Part shown: positions 8,348-19,203 of the stretch, one piece after another
How positions within the stretch are numbered: the first letter of the stretch is position 1
How the letters are laid out: every line of letters starts with the position of its first letter
Assembly: GCA_013389025.1 (NCBI GenBank)
Contig: JACAED010000049.1
Location: forward strand, 14,490 to 78,489
Length of the DNA: 64,000 bases
DNA from: Hydrogenophilaceae bacterium
GTDB taxonomy: Bacteria > Pseudomonadota > Gammaproteobacteria > Burkholderiales > Thiobacillaceae
Direction: 5' to 3'
Notes under the pieces: generated by a model
What the model saw: the letters and a program-made list of their open reading frames with translations, nothing else
Database searches by the model: none
Told to the model about the DNA's origin: nothing
Program-made: the position numbers and the translations under genes

Positions 8348-9124
8348 ATGAAATTGTATCAAAGGCTTGCGCTTGGCGGCCTGTCTTTGTTCGTGGCGCT
8401 GACAATGATTACGGGCTGCGAGGCCCGTCAACCGGCACCGCAGAAGACGCATTTCGACTACTACGTGCTGGCCTTGTCGCTGGCGCCGGCGTTCTGCGAG
8501 GATGCCATTGGCAATCGCCGCGTGCCGCATCAGTGCCGGGATGTTGATCTGGCCGATTTCCAGCGGCTGCCGTTAACCCTGCATGGCCTGTGGCCAAACA
8601 AGCGCAATGGGCGGCATCCGTTTTACTGCAATGGCGAGCGCGACCGGGGCGGCATGTGCGACCAGACGCCAGTTCAGTTGCCGCAGTCGCTTGCCGGAAG
8701 ACTCTCGTCCGTCATGCCCGGTACGGCGGATTGCCTGGATCGCCACGAATGGGCCAAGCATGGTTCCTGTTCCGGACTCAGCATGGCGCAATACTTTGAC
8801 GAATCGGTCCGGCTGGTGGAGCGCGCCAACAAGGCTCTGGCGGAATCGCTGGGCAGCCATGCGGGCCGGGAAGCCGGGCTCGATACGTTGCGCGCGGCGA
8901 TCAAAAAGAACGATCCAGCGCTGCTGGAAAGCGTGGTGTTCGATTGCCGCACGCCGCGCAGCGATTCGCCCGCGCGGCGCAAGCCCATGCTGCGCGAGGT
9001 GAGAGTCTATTTTCAGGCGCTGCCGGATGGCAACGTGGGTAAGCCGATGAATTTCCGCGAAGCAGGCGTGAAGCACTTCAATTCTGGCTGCCCGGCGGGG
9101 CGGGCGTATGTAGACGCACCTTGA
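8348..9124 (+). CDS. Ribonuclease T2 family protein, probable lipoprotein
   Basis: DYYVLALSL.PAFC, CAS-I TLHGLWP and CAS-II HEWAKHGSC; lipobox-like ITGC. Confidence 0.9.
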   Translation: MKLYQRLALGGLSLFVALTMITGCEARQPAPQKTHFDYYVLALSLAPAFCEDAIGNRRVPHQCRDVDLADFQRLPLTLHGLWPNKRNGRHPFYCNGERDRGGMCDQTPVQLPQSLAGRLSSVMPGTADCLDRHEWAKHGSCSGLSMAQYFDESVRLVERANKALAESLGSHAGREAGLDTLRAAIKKNDPALLESVVFDCRTPRSDSPARRKPMLREVRVYFQALPDGNVGKPMNFREAGVKHFNSGCPAGRAYVDAP

Positions 9125-9154
9125 ATCTCCCAGCTCGCAGAGCTCGCCACCCTA

Positions 9155-9237
9155 AATCCCCCGGCCCTTCGAGCCACCCCCTTTATCAAGGGGGTTGAAT
9201 TGAGCCCCCCCCTGATAAAGGGGGGGTTGGGGGGATT
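9155..9237. repeat. REP-like inverted pair (CCCCCTTTATCAAGGGGG type)
   Basis: CCCCCTTTATCAAGGGGG and CCCCCCTGATAAAGGGGGG in inverted orientation, bounded by AATCCCCC and GGGGGATT, between convergent genes. Confidence 0.75.
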
Positions 9238-10007
9238 CACACCGGCAAATTCTGTTTCACGAATTCCGGAAAATAATCCGCCCGCACGATATAGGTGCCA
9301 TCGCAGTTGAACGAAGCGCGCACGATGCCTTCCGACAACGAGATGGCCGCATTGCGCAGGTAATACCCCTCGATGGCGCGCAGCTGGTGGAAGCCATCGA
9401 TGATGTCGTGGATCAGTTCCTTTTTGACCGGCTGCCAGCTATTGCGCTGCGCGTCCATGAGCTTTTGCCAGTGCTTCGGCAGGTAAAGCCGCAACGGCCC
9501 GGTCTGGATCATGCTGCTTACCCAGGCGATGGTGTTCATTTTTTCCTCGAACGGCACGCGCACGAAATGCCGTCTGATATAGTCATCGCCAAGCAGCGCA
9601 TCGACATCGTGGATTTCGTAATTGAAAGGGTTGAAAATCGACTCGGTGCGTACTTCGGAGCTGTTGAAGCCGATGTAGATCGAAAAGCAGCCGGTTTCGG
9701 CAAGCAGCCATTCCACCCGCTCCAGCGCCGGGCCGACTTTCTCGTCGATGCGTGATGCATATTTGCTGCGGATGGGCGCGGTTTCGCGCAAACTGGGGTC
9801 GCCCTTGATGCCGACGAAGGGCTTGTCCGCAGGCAGCCCAAAAGCGCCGACAATGGCTTCTTTCAATACGCAGAAATCGCCCTCGGCAGGAACGAGGAGG
9901 ACATTCTCTGTTTTCATGCAGGTCAGGGTAAGGTTTTTTTCCAATTGTCCGCGATAGAGATGAATCAAAGATGAAAAGGTTTCTGAGTCGATCAGTGGGA
10001 AACCCAT
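9237..10007 (-). CDS. Hypothetical protein (start may be at 9918, MKTENV)
   Basis: Long ORF with protein-like composition, co-oriented just downstream of glnE; no family recognised. Confidence 0.7.
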   Translation of the reverse strand: MGFPLIDSETFSSLIHLYRGQLEKNLTLTCMKTENVLLVPAEGDFCVLKEAIVGAFGLPADKPFVGIKGDPSLRETAPIRSKYASRIDEKVGPALERVEWLLAETGCFSIYIGFNSSEVRTESIFNPFNYEIHDVDALLGDDYIRRHFVRVPFEEKMNTIAWVSSMIQTGPLRLYLPKHWQKLMDAQRNSWQPVKKELIHDIIDGFHQLRAIEGYYLRNAAISLSEGIVRASFNCDGTYIVRADYFPEFVKQNLPV

Positions 10008-10022
10008 CGAGATTGATGCAAT

Positions 10023-12683
10023 TTAGCCAAAGCAGGTTTCCCACAAACGGGTAACAGCTAAACGCTCGCTCCGGAGTTCAGCAGGCGGGACGCGGGCGTG
10101 TTCCATGCCGGCCAGTTTGATCAGGTGCTGCTGGCGCCTGAGTTCGCGGTAGGCATTGGCCGCATTTTCGGCAACGTCGGCGGGCAGCAGACGGATCTGG
10201 CCACAGCGTTTTAACAGGGCGATGTTGCCGACATTGTCGAGCAGTCCGGGATGATCTTTCGCGTGCAGGAGGATCAGGTATTGCACGGCGAATTCGACGT
10301 CGACGATGCCGCCGCTGTCGTGCTTGATGTCGAATAAGTCAGTGTCGCTCGGATGGCCGTCGCGCATTTTCTGGCGCATGGCCAGCACGTCTTCTTTCAG
10401 CTTGTTTGCCTCGCGAGGCAGGGTCAGAATGGCGCGCCGGATGGCTTCGAATTTATCGCCGATGGCGTTATCGCCACAGACGTAACGGGCGCGGGTCAGC
10501 GCCTGATGCTCCCAGGTCCAGGCCTTGTTGCGCTGGTAAGCCTCGAAGGCTTCGACACTGCTGACCAGCAGGCCTGACGCACCGTCGGGCCGCAAGCGCA
10601 GGTCGGTGTCGTAGAGCACACCGGCTGAAGTGGCAGTGGAAAACCAGGTACTGAGTTTTTTCGCCAGCCGCGCGTAGATCGCGCCGGCGTCGGGCGTGTC
10701 GTCGTCGTACAAAAACACGATGTCTAGATCGGAGGCATAACCCAGTTCCTTGCCGCCCAGTTTGCCATAGCTGATGATGGCAAAGCGTGGTTGGTCCAGA
10801 TGCCGCCGGGGCATGGTCAGCCAGGCGCGGTGCAGCGTTTCGGCAAGCAGCAGATCGGCCAGCGCGGCCAGATGATCGGACAGGGTTTCCAGCTTGAGCG
10901 CGCCGGCCACGTCCTGCGCCAACAGATGCAGGGTTTGCGCCTGCTTGAAGCGCCGCAGCCGGTCCATTTGCGCTTCCATGTCGCCGGCTTCTGCATCCAG
11001 GGCTTCGTGCAGTCTTGCCGCCAGCGCGGGCCAGTCGGGGATTTCGAACAATTGCCTGGGGTCGATCAATTCGTCGAGCAGCTGAGGTTGCCGCGTGATC
11101 AGTTGCGCGGCCCAAGGGCTGGTGGAAAACAGCCGGGCGAGTTGTTTCAACGCCGCCGGATATTCCGCCAGCAAGGCGAGATAGGTCTGGCGGCGGGCAA
11201 TGGTTTCGATAAAGTCGGTGAAGCGGATGAGCGTGTCGTCCGGATGCGTCTGCTGTGCCGATAGTTCGATGATCGGCGGCATCAGGCTGTCGACGCGGAT
11301 GCGGGACGATTCCGGAAATTTCGTGACGGCTATTTCCCGCAACTGGCCAAGCCGCGTAGCCATGCCGGCGGCATTTTTAAAGCCCAGCGTTTCCAGTTGC
11401 GTGATGTGCTCATCGGGGTGTTGCCACACCGGCAGCAGTGGATGCGAGGACTGATCGGTCTGCGGCGCAGCGAAAATCTGCTCGAAGTGCTGCTCGGTGA
11501 TTTTGCGATGCCGGTTCAGGCCAATCAGCAGCGATTCCCAGCTATCGAAATGCATGGCCTCGGCGATGAGACGCTGGCTTTCCTTGTCGTCCGGCAGGGT
11601 CTGGGTCTGTGCGTCGTCCAGATACTGCAAGCGGTGTTCCAACGTGCGCAAGAAGCGATACGCCTCGATCAGGCTTTCAGCGGTTGTCCTGGGGATGAGT
11701 TGGTGTTCTGCCAGTGCCTTGAGGACGTCTTGAGTCGGCCTGATGCGCAAGGCGGGCTCAAAACCGCCGCGTATCAGCTGGAATACCTGGGCGGCGAATT
11801 CGATTTCACGAATGCCGCCCGGCCCCAGCTTGATATTGTTCTGGCGATCCTTGCGCACGACCTCGGCGCGGATTTGCGCATGCAAATCCCTGAGCGATTG
11901 GTAGGCGTTGAAGTCGAGGTACCTGCGGAACACGAAGGGGCGGACCACATCATCCAGTTCCTTGTGCCGCCCGCCCGTGAGCGCACGGCCCTTGATCCAG
12001 GCATAACGCTCCCACGGCCGCCCGTGCAGGGTGAGATAGTCTTCCAGCATGGCGTAGCTCATGGCCAGCGGGCCCGAGTCACCCCAGGGGCGCAGGCGCA
12101 AATCGACACGAAACACATAGCCGTCGGCGGTCATGTCGGAGATGGCATTGCTGATCTTTTTGCCAAGCCGCAGGAAGAATTCGTGGTGCGAAATCGGCGA
12201 TGGGCCTTTTGTCTCGCCTTCGTCGGGATAAAGATAAATCAGGTCGATGTCGGACGAGACATTGAGTTCGCGTCCGCCCAGCTTGCCCATGCCGACGACG
12301 ACCAGCCCCATCGGACTGCCATCGCTGTTTTTGGGCTGGCCATGGCGTTCAGCAAGCAGCCGGACATGAAAATCCAGCGCGGCCTGAATGCAAACTTCAG
12401 CCAGATCGGAAAACACGCCGGTCACTTCTTCCAGGGAGGCCAGGCCGGCCAGGTCGCGTGCGGCGGTGACGGCCCAGACCCGGTTTTTCAACTGGCGAAG
12501 GCGGGTTTTCAGGACCTCTTCGTCCGCGACAGGTTCTGCCAGCCAGACGGCCATTTCCTCGCGGGTGAAGGGCTGGTCCATGCGGCTTGACAGTTCCCGC
12601 AGCTCCGGCCGGGCATTGAGCAGGCGGGCGGCATGGCGGGAAAGGCGGGCCAGACGGTCGAGCGGGGGTTCCGGGATAGTCAT
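10023..12683 (-). CDS. glnE: Glutamine synthetase adenylyltransferase/adenylyl-removing enzyme
   Basis: Two nucleotidyltransferase motifs ([18 protein letters not shown] and [16 protein letters not shown]), plus [13 protein letters not shown] and WTWEHQAL. Confidence 0.96.
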   Translation of the reverse strand: MTIPEPPLDRLARLSRHAARLLNARPELRELSSRMDQPFTREEMAVWLAEPVADEEVLKTRLRQLKNRVWAVTAARDLAGLASLEEVTGVFSDLAEVCIQAALDFHVRLLAERHGQPKNSDGSPMGLVVVGMGKLGGRELNVSSDIDLIYLYPDEGETKGPSPISHHEFFLRLGKKISNAISDMTADGYVFRVDLRLRPWGDSGPLAMSYAMLEDYLTLHGRPWERYAWIKGRALTGGRHKELDDVVRPFVFRRYLDFNAYQSLRDLHAQIRAEVVRKDRQNNIKLGPGGIREIEFAAQVFQLIRGGFEPALRIRPTQDVLKALAEHQLIPRTTAESLIEAYRFLRTLEHRLQYLDDAQTQTLPDDKESQRLIAEAMHFDSWESLLIGLNRHRKITEQHFEQIFAAPQTDQSSHPLLPVWQHPDEHITQLETLGFKNAAGMATRLGQLREIAVTKFPESSRIRVDSLMPPIIELSAQQTHPDDTLIRFTDFIETIARRQTYLALLAEYPAALKQLARLFSTSPWAAQLITRQPQLLDELIDPRQLFEIPDWPALAARLHEALDAEAGDMEAQMDRLRRFKQAQTLHLLAQDVAGALKLETLSDHLAALADLLLAETLHRAWLTMPRRHLDQPRFAIISYGKLGGKELGYASDLDIVFLYDDDTPDAGAIYARLAKKLSTWFSTATSAGVLYDTDLRLRPDGASGLLVSSVEAFEAYQRNKAWTWEHQALTRARYVCGDNAIGDKFEAIRRAILTLPREANKLKEDVLAMRQKMRDGHPSDTDLFDIKHDSGGIVDVEFAVQYLILLHAKDHPGLLDNVGNIALLKRCGQIRLLPADVAENAANAYRELRRQQHLIKLAGMEHARVPPAELRSERLAVTRLWETCFG

Positions 12684-12738
12684 ACGCTGTTTAGAATGCC
12701 TACTTTCAAACAATAAGCCAACTCGTCGAGGAGAAACC

Positions 12739-14712
12739 ATGGCCGACATTACCTCAGTCTTGCATGAAACACGCGTATTCCCGCCTTCTGCGGAATTTGT
12801 GGCAAAAGCCAACGTATCCGGCATGGCGGCATACGAAGCCTTGATGAACGAGGCCCAATCCGACTACGCAGGCTTTTGGGGACGTCTGGCACGTGAAAAC
12901 ATCACCTGGCATCAACCTTTCACCCGTGTTCTGGATGAATCGAACGCGCCTTTTTACAAGTGGTTCGACGACGGTGAGCTGAATGTGTCCTATAACTGCC
13001 TGGACAGGAATATCCAGACCGGCAAGGGCGACAAGACCGCGCTGATTTTCGAAGCAGACGACGGCACGGTCACGACCTCCACTTACAACGATCTGCTCAA
13101 GCGCGTGAGCAAGTTTGCCAATGCGCTGAAATCACTCGGGGTCGGCAAGGGTGACCGCGTCATCATCTACATGCCGATGAGCATCGAAGCCGTGGTGTCC
13201 ATGCAGGCCTGCGCGCGCATCGGCGCGATCCATTCCGTGGTGTTTGGCGGGTTTTCCGCCAAGTCTTTGCAGGAGCGCATTGTCGATGCCGGCGCGAAAG
13301 TCGTGGTCACGGCCGATGAATCCCTGCGCGGCGGCAAGGCAGTCCCGCTGAAGGCGGCGGTGGACGAAGCCATCGGCATGGGAGGATGCAACAGCCTGGA
13401 AAAGGTGGTCGTGTACAAACGCTCTGGCGGGGCAGTGAACATGGCAGCAGGCCGCGATGTCTGGTGGCACGAGGTGAGCGCATCACAATCCGACGAGTGC
13501 GAACCGGTGTGGGTGAATGCAGAGCACCCGCTGTTCATTCTGTATACCTCGGGTTCCACCGGCAAGCCCAAGGGCGTGCAGCATTCCACCGGCGGCTATC
13601 TGCTGGGCGCGATTCTTTCCATGAAGTGGGTGTTCGACGCCAGGCCGGAAACCGATGTGTACTGGTGCACGGCCGACGTGGGCTGGATTACCGGCCACAC
13701 CTATGTCGCCTACGGGCCGCTGGCGATGGGCATGACCGAAGTGATCTTTGAAGGCATTCCAACCTTTCCTCATGCGGGCCGCTTCTGGGAAATGATCCAG
13801 AAGCACAAGGTCACCACCTTCTACACCGCGCCGACGGCCATCCGTTCATTGATCAAGCTGGGCGCCGACCTGCCGGCGAAGTTTGACTTGTCCTCCCTGC
13901 GTCTGCTGGGGACGGTGGGCGAGCCCATCAACCCGGAAGCCTGGATGTGGTATCACGAAGTCATTGGCCAGAAACGCTGTCCGATCGTGGATACCTGGTG
14001 GCAGACCGAAACCGGCTCCAACATGATTTCTCCATTGCCTGGCGCAGTGCCGACCAAACCCGGCTCCTGCACGCTGCCGCTGCCCGGCATCATGGTGGGC
14101 GTGGTGGATGAGACGGGACATGATGTGGAAAAAGGCCACGGTGGTTTTCTTGTCATCAAGCGGCCGTTCCCGTCGCAGCTTCGCACTCTGTGGGGCGATC
14201 CCGAGCGATTCAAGAAGACCTATTTCCCCGAAGAGCTGGGCGGCAAGATGTATCTGGCGGGTGATTCCACGCACCAGGATGCGGATGGCTATTACTGGAT
14301 CATGGGCCGCATCGACGATGTGCTGAATGTGTCCGGCCACCGCCTTGGCACCATGGAAATCGAGTCGGCGCTGGTGTCCCACCCGCGCGTGGCCGAGGCG
14401 GCCGTGGTTGGCAAGCCGCACGACATCAAGGGCGAGGCCGTGGTGGCATTTGTGGTCTGCAAGGGCGCCCGGCCCGAAGGCGACGAAGCGAAGAAACTGG
14501 TGGCGGAATTGCGCGAGTGGGTCGGCAAGGAAATCGGCCCGATCGCCAAGCCGGATGATATTCGCTTTGGCGACAACATGCCCAAGACCCGCTCCGGCAA
14601 GATCATGCGCCGCCTGCTGCGGGCCATCGCCAAGGGCGAGGAAATCACGCAGGATGTCTCGACGCTGGAAAATCCGGCGATTCTGGAACAGTTGAAGCAG
14701 GCCGTCAGCTAA
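12739..14712 (+). CDS. acs: Acetyl-CoA synthetase
   Basis: [31 protein letters not shown] and [11 protein letters not shown]; GAGGAG RBS before the ATG at 12739. Confidence 0.97.
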   Translation: MADITSVLHETRVFPPSAEFVAKANVSGMAAYEALMNEAQSDYAGFWGRLARENITWHQPFTRVLDESNAPFYKWFDDGELNVSYNCLDRNIQTGKGDKTALIFEADDGTVTTSTYNDLLKRVSKFANALKSLGVGKGDRVIIYMPMSIEAVVSMQACARIGAIHSVVFGGFSAKSLQERIVDAGAKVVVTADESLRGGKAVPLKAAVDEAIGMGGCNSLEKVVVYKRSGGAVNMAAGRDVWWHEVSASQSDECEPVWVNAEHPLFILYTSGSTGKPKGVQHSTGGYLLGAILSMKWVFDARPETDVYWCTADVGWITGHTYVAYGPLAMGMTEVIFEGIPTFPHAGRFWEMIQKHKVTTFYTAPTAIRSLIKLGADLPAKFDLSSLRLLGTVGEPINPEAWMWYHEVIGQKRCPIVDTWWQTETGSNMISPLPGAVPTKPGSCTLPLPGIMVGVVDETGHDVEKGHGGFLVIKRPFPSQLRTLWGDPERFKKTYFPEELGGKMYLAGDSTHQDADGYYWIMGRIDDVLNVSGHRLGTMEIESALVSHPRVAEAAVVGKPHDIKGEAVVAFVVCKGARPEGDEAKKLVAELREWVGKEIGPIAKPDDIRFGDNMPKTRSGKIMRRLLRAIAKGEEITQDVSTLENPAILEQLKQAVS

Positions 14713-14837
14713 AGCCGGGGAAACAGCGTGACTGCAGGCATGAATGACACGGCCGTATGATTTTTTTACAAATTTCAAATTGAAATTTGTTTAGGATTAC
14801 GCACAAGTATAAAGATAACGTTGCGGGGATTTCTGCC

Positions 14838-15755
14838 ATGCCAGAGCAGCTGCTCGGGCGTCTGCCATTGCTGGGATTGCTGGTTGCAGCCCTGTTTTGG
14901 GTGCTGGACGCCATTATCGATGTTTCACTGTTCGGGACACATGACACGTTTTCCGATGCATTGCTGAATCCGAACCCGCATGAACTGTGGATGCGTTGCG
15001 TCGTGATCGTGCTTCTTCTGGTCTTTGCATGGCACGCGCGAAGACTGGGCAACAAACTGGTTGATTCCATGGATTTGCTCAAGGAACAGGAGCATGAGCT
15101 CGGCAATCATCGCGACATGCACCATGTTCTCAAGCGCCAGACAGATGAGCTCGCTCGCAAGGTCATGCGTGAGGCCAGCGAAAAGGAGGAACTGCGCAAA
15201 CTGGCCTATCTGGATCCCCTCACGGGCTTGTACAATCGCCGCCGAATCGAGGAGATTCTCGATGCCTCACGCATGACGGAACGCTTGAGCCACAATGGCT
15301 TGTGTGTGTTGCTCTGTGATATCGATCATTTCAAGTCGGTGAATGACCAGTTTGGGCATTTTGCCGGAGATCGGGTACTGGTCAGAATCGGACAGCTTCT
15401 CAAGGATCATTTCCGTCGCGGTGACGCGGTAGGGCGCTGGGGCGGCGAGGAGTTCCTGGTGGTGCTGCCCAACCTGACTCAGGCAGAGGCTGAAGTGATC
15501 TCGGAAAATTTTCGTGCTCGGGTCGAGCGTGAATACCACCCGCCCAAGGGCAAGCTGACGGTCAGTCTCGGGCTTGCCATGCTCAAGCCGGATGAATTGA
15601 CGGAAAGCCTGCTCAAACGAGCGGATCGCGCCCTGATGCTGGCCAAGCAGAATGGCCGTAACCGGATGTATATCTGTGAATGCGTGAATGAATCGAAAGA
15701 GCCCGCCGTGCAACATGATTGCAAGCCTTTCGAGCTTGCGAGCCAGCGCATCTAG
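14838..15755 (+). CDS. Membrane-anchored diguanylate cyclase
   Basis: Two TM segments, then DPLTGLYNRR, DIDHFKSVND and RWGGEEF with an RxxD I-site (RRGD). Confidence 0.9.
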   Translation: MPEQLLGRLPLLGLLVAALFWVLDAIIDVSLFGTHDTFSDALLNPNPHELWMRCVVIVLLLVFAWHARRLGNKLVDSMDLLKEQEHELGNHRDMHHVLKRQTDELARKVMREASEKEELRKLAYLDPLTGLYNRRRIEEILDASRMTERLSHNGLCVLLCDIDHFKSVNDQFGHFAGDRVLVRIGQLLKDHFRRGDAVGRWGGEEFLVVLPNLTQAEAEVISENFRARVEREYHPPKGKLTVSLGLAMLKPDELTESLLKRADRALMLAKQNGRNRMYICECVNESKEPAVQHDCKPFELASQRI

Positions 15756-15793
15756 GGCCTGATGACAGCATCCGCATACGTGAAAATAGTGTT

Positions 15794-16351
15794 CTAGTTT
15801 TGATAAGCCTCTGCCTGGATACGGAGCCTGACTTCGTCACCGACAAAGGGCAGGCCATTGCGCATGCCAAACTGGGAACGCCTAAAAACGCCTGAGGCAT
15901 CGGCACCGCAACCGAGTTTTCTGGCAGCCAGATTGAGTCCGCATTTCACCCGGTTAATCTCCAGTCTCAGCGGTTGCGTTACGCCAAGCAGAGTCAATTC
16001 TCCCTCGATGGCGACAGGCCTGTCGCCATCAAAAACAAATTGCCTTCCGACATAGGTGATGGATGGAAACTGGCTGACATTGAACCAGCCGGTGCCCTTG
16101 AGGATGGCATCCCGTTCATCGTGCCCGGAGTCCAGGGACGCCGCATCGATCACGATTTGCACTGAACCGGTTCGCTGCTGAGGATCATATTCCAGGGTCC
16201 CGCGCACGGTATCGAACTGGCCGCGCTGTGTGGAATAGCCCAGGTGGTCAATCTCAAACATGGGATAGGTATGGCTGGGATCGAAGACATAGGTAGCCGC
16301 CAGGGCGGATGCGCTTGCCATGGATGCAAGCAAGAGAAAGACTGCTCTCAT
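15794..16351 (-). CDS. YceI-family periplasmic protein
   Basis: Signal peptide, DPSHTYPMFEIDHLGYS, RDAILK and GELTLLGVT; ATGA overlap with the upstream gene. Confidence 0.9.
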   Translation of the reverse strand: MRAVFLLLASMASASALAATYVFDPSHTYPMFEIDHLGYSTQRGQFDTVRGTLEYDPQQRTGSVQIVIDAASLDSGHDERDAILKGTGWFNVSQFPSITYVGRQFVFDGDRPVAIEGELTLLGVTQPLRLEINRVKCGLNLAARKLGCGADASGVFRRSQFGMRNGLPFVGDEVRLRIQAEAYQN

Positions 16352-16923
16352 GGTGTTTTCCTTGACGGCTTGGGCACAAGCAGGAGTGAAAATGCAACCT
16401 TTACTTCGTTGGCCAGGGCACTGGTGTCCGCCCACATCCCCTCACCTATCCTGTAGTCAAGCCGATTGAGCTTGAATGTTCCCGTCAAACGCTGGTTTTT
16501 ACCCTCGGTTTTCAGCATGACGGGTATCCCGGCCGGCCGTGTGATGCCCTTGACCGAGAGTTTGCCTTCGACGAGGAAGCGGCCATTCCCTTGTGGCTGT
16601 ATGCGTGACGAGGCAAATCGGGCTGTCGGATAACGTCGGCTGTCGAAAAACAGGGGGCTGCCGACTTCCGCGGTGGCATCCGGATTCCCCGCATCTGTTT
16701 TGGCCGTGGTCACATCCAGGGTGATCTGTGCCTGATCCGGTTTTGCAGGATCGAGTTCTATGTCAGCCATGTACTGCGGGAATTCGCCGTCCAGCGTGGC
16801 GCCCATGGCCTGATACTGGAAACCGATTTTGCTGCGGGCGTCATCGATTGACCAGTTGCCGGCCGTGGCCAGCGCGGGAACGAGCGAGGCAACAACAAGC
16901 AAGCATGCGATTCGTTTTTTCAC
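16348..16923 (-). CDS. YceI-family periplasmic protein
   Basis: Signal peptide, SKIGF...GEF, FFDSRRYPTARF and GKLSVKGIT. Confidence 0.9.
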   Translation of the reverse strand: MKKRIACLLVVASLVPALATAGNWSIDDARSKIGFQYQAMGATLDGEFPQYMADIELDPAKPDQAQITLDVTTAKTDAGNPDATAEVGSPLFFDSRRYPTARFASSRIQPQGNGRFLVEGKLSVKGITRPAGIPVMLKTEGKNQRLTGTFKLNRLDYRIGEGMWADTSALANEVKVAFSLLLVPKPSRKTP

Positions 16924-17462
16924 CGGCGTTTCTCCAGATAAGGGAGCATGCGAACCAGCGTGCTGTCCCGGTCAACCACGTGATGCTTGATCGCCGCCAG
17001 CACATGAACAATGACCAGCATCAGCAGGGCTTGGTTCAATGCTTCGTGCACTTCCTTGAGTGGGTCTGCCCATTCCAGGTTTTTTGGCAGCAACTGGGGC
17101 AGTTCCCACAGATTGAGATATATCACAGGAATTCCGGCAGCAGAAGTGACCAGCCAGCCCGAGACAGGAATGGCAAACATCAGGACATAGAGGGCGGCAT
17201 GCATCCAGGAAGCCGCACGTTGCTGCCAGCGTGGGGCTGGCTCGGGTGGGGGTGGCTGAAAAATCAGCCGGTTGACCAGCCTGAGTGTGACCAACGCCAG
17301 CAAGGTCATGCCCGCCCATTTGTGCCAGGCCAGCATTTTCAGTTTCAGCGGCGAAAGGTCCATTTCGGAGACCGACACGCCCAGCGTGAAGTTGGCGACC
17401 AGGGCGAAAGCCATCAGCCAGTGCAGCCAGATGCTTGATGTTCGATATCGGCTCGTGTTCAT
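16920..17462 (-). CDS. Cytochrome b561 (YceJ-like)
   Basis: LHWLMA, WHKWAG, PVSGWL and VHVLAAIKHH...D.TL.RM. Confidence 0.92.
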   Translation of the reverse strand: MNTSRYRTSSIWLHWLMAFALVANFTLGVSVSEMDLSPLKLKMLAWHKWAGMTLLALVTLRLVNRLIFQPPPPEPAPRWQQRAASWMHAALYVLMFAIPVSGWLVTSAAGIPVIYLNLWELPQLLPKNLEWADPLKEVHEALNQALLMLVIVHVLAAIKHHVVDRDSTLVRMLPYLEKRR

Positions 17463-17574
17463 GGGTTGTTTTGTTTATCAACAAGTTGCAAGCGCCAGTT
17501 TAAACAAAATCCGCTTTAACGACCGCTTGTCGGGAAAATTGAGGACTGATGAATTCTTGCCGTTAATGTTGATA

Positions 17575-17663
17575 ACTGATCAGGGCAAACCCGTCGCGAG
17601 GCGGGGACGCAAAGCCTCCGGTCTTGTGATTTGCAGAAGAAAGCAAGATAGCGGGGTTGCCGG
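17575..17663 (+). ncRNA. c-di-GMP-I (GEMM) riboswitch
   Basis: CAGGGCAAACCCGTC-GCGA-GGCGGGGACGCAAAGCCTCCGGTCT...GATAGCGGGGTTGCCG closely follows the class I aptamer consensus. Confidence 0.93.
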
Positions 17664-17728
17664 TACCTTCAATCGCTGTAAGCGTTTGGCCAGGTCAGTT
17701 CGAGCAGATTGACCTTTGGGAGTATGCC

Positions 17729-17950
17729 ATGAGCTACAGCGCCGTTCGTCCTGAACCTCCACACAACAATCGTTGTTCCTATCAAACTGGAAATTGCCCC
17801 TCCTTTATCGTTGGCTTTGGACTGGCGGCACTGCTGTTGGGAGTTTCCAGCTTGTCTCATGCCGGTCAAGCCGATCTTTCGCAGACAAGCCGGAAGGGGT
17901 CGGCAGTGTTCATTCAATCAATTGGGTTAGTTCAGACTGCAGAGCCCTGA
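17729..17950 (+). CDS. Small hypothetical protein (73 aa) with one hydrophobic segment, downstream of the riboswitch
   Basis: GGGAG RBS, hydrophobic FIVGFGLAALLLGVSSLSHA segment, followed by a terminator. Confidence 0.55.
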   Translation: MSYSAVRPEPPHNNRCSYQTGNCPSFIVGFGLAALLLGVSSLSHAGQADLSQTSRKGSAVFIQSIGLVQTAEP

Positions 17951-17974
17951 GTTGGTAGTGCCAGGGAAATTACA

Positions 17975-18003
17975 GCGGCATCCTGACAGGGTGCCGTTTT
18001 TTT
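17975..18003 (+). terminator. Intrinsic terminator
   Basis: GCGGCATCCT-GAC-AGGGTGCCGT followed by a T run. Confidence 0.8.
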
Positions 18004-18568
18004 ATTGCGGATTCCAGCGCTTCATGGACTCCGCCAGCGCCTTGCCAACCGAATGCAGACCCTTGAGACCGGAAGCCTCGGGATCGTTCAGGGACTTGTC
18101 TGCCTGCGACAGGGCCATCTGCTGGGGGATGACCATGACCTGCAGGTTAGTCAGAATTTCGCGTACATGGCGCAGTCCTCTCAAACCGCCGAGGTTGCCG
18201 GCTGACGCCGCTATCAGCCCGGCCCATTTTCCCAGGTAGGGGATGAGTCCGGATTCCCTGCCATCGGGTCGGGATACCCAGTCCAGCGTGTTTTTCAGAA
18301 GGGGTGTGATCGAGCCATTGTATTCCGGGCATCCGATGAGCAACCCGTGGTGGGATTTGAAAAGCCCTTTCAACCTGACGGCGGCTTCGGGCAGGCCATG
18401 GCTCTCTTCCAGATCGCCGTTGTATATCGGCATCGAGTAATCGTTAAGCTCTATCAGGGTGACTTCGGCGCCGGCTTCGCGCGCGCCGCGCACGGCGTGG
18501 TCGAGGGCCTGACGGTTTAATGATTCCTTGCGTATTGATCCGGCAAAAGCGAGTATCTTTGGCGTCAT
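18002..18568 (-). CDS. NADPH-dependent FMN reductase
   Basis: ILAFAGSIRKESLN, PEYNGSITPLLKNTLDWVSR and SAGNLGGLRG. Confidence 0.93.
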   Translation of the reverse strand: MTPKILAFAGSIRKESLNRQALDHAVRGAREAGAEVTLIELNDYSMPIYNGDLEESHGLPEAAVRLKGLFKSHHGLLIGCPEYNGSITPLLKNTLDWVSRPDGRESGLIPYLGKWAGLIAASAGNLGGLRGLRHVREILTNLQVMVIPQQMALSQADKSLNDPEASGLKGLHSVGKALAESMKRWNPQ

Positions 18569-18759
18569 TTTATTTTGGCGGTTGGGGCGAACAAAAAAGT
18601 GTACATGTTATCCAACCATTCAAAGTTGAAAAGGTCCGGAAAAGCGGTGGGACGGGTCCAATAATCCCGGCTTCATCGGCTTTCTTGGCTGATGACACCG
18701 GAAGTGATGGCAAGTATGAATTTGACAAGTATCCGCTGGCAAATATTGATGTTGAAAAG

Positions 18760-19131
18760 ATGAGACTGGACAAGTGGCTGTGGGCTGCCAGATTCTATAA
18801 AACCCGTTCGCTGGCGACCCAGGCCATCGAGGCCGGGCAGGTGAGACTGAACTCGGAGCGATGCAAGCCGGCAAAGGAGATAAGAGTTGGTGATTCGCTC
18901 CTGGTGCAACATGGCGGTCTTGAATGGCACGTCATGGTGAAAGGGTTATCCGATAAAAGGGGTGCGGCCAGTGTGGCGCAACAGCTTTACGAGGAAACCG
19001 AAAGCAGCCGGTTCAAGCGGGAAGAAAGCCTTGCCCTGCGCCGCATATGCAATGAACCCGCACACGACATGAAGGGACGCCCCACCAAGCGTGATCGGCG
19101 AGTGCTGACACGTTTCAAATACGGGGAATAA
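18760..19131 (+). CDS. hslR: Ribosome-associated heat shock protein Hsp15 (S4 domain)
   Basis: MRLDKWLWAARFYKTRSLA...GRPTKRDRR. Confidence 0.93.
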   Translation: MRLDKWLWAARFYKTRSLATQAIEAGQVRLNSERCKPAKEIRVGDSLLVQHGGLEWHVMVKGLSDKRGAASVAQQLYEETESSRFKREESLALRRICNEPAHDMKGRPTKRDRRVLTRFKYGE

Positions 19132-19203
19132 AGTGCCGCAACCCTGTCATAACCCAGTCAAAAACCTGCGCAGGCCCTACAATTCAGGCTTGAGCAGAAT
19201 CAA

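Noticed and set aside
7149-9237. Insertion sequence or CRISPR array around ilvE and the RNase gene
   Set aside because: No transposase, no regularly spaced direct repeats and no cas genes; only short palindromes.
12388-12824. Apparent long overlap of the glnE and acs ORFs
   Set aside because: An artefact of taking the longest ORF; the likely starts at 12683 and 12739 do not overlap.
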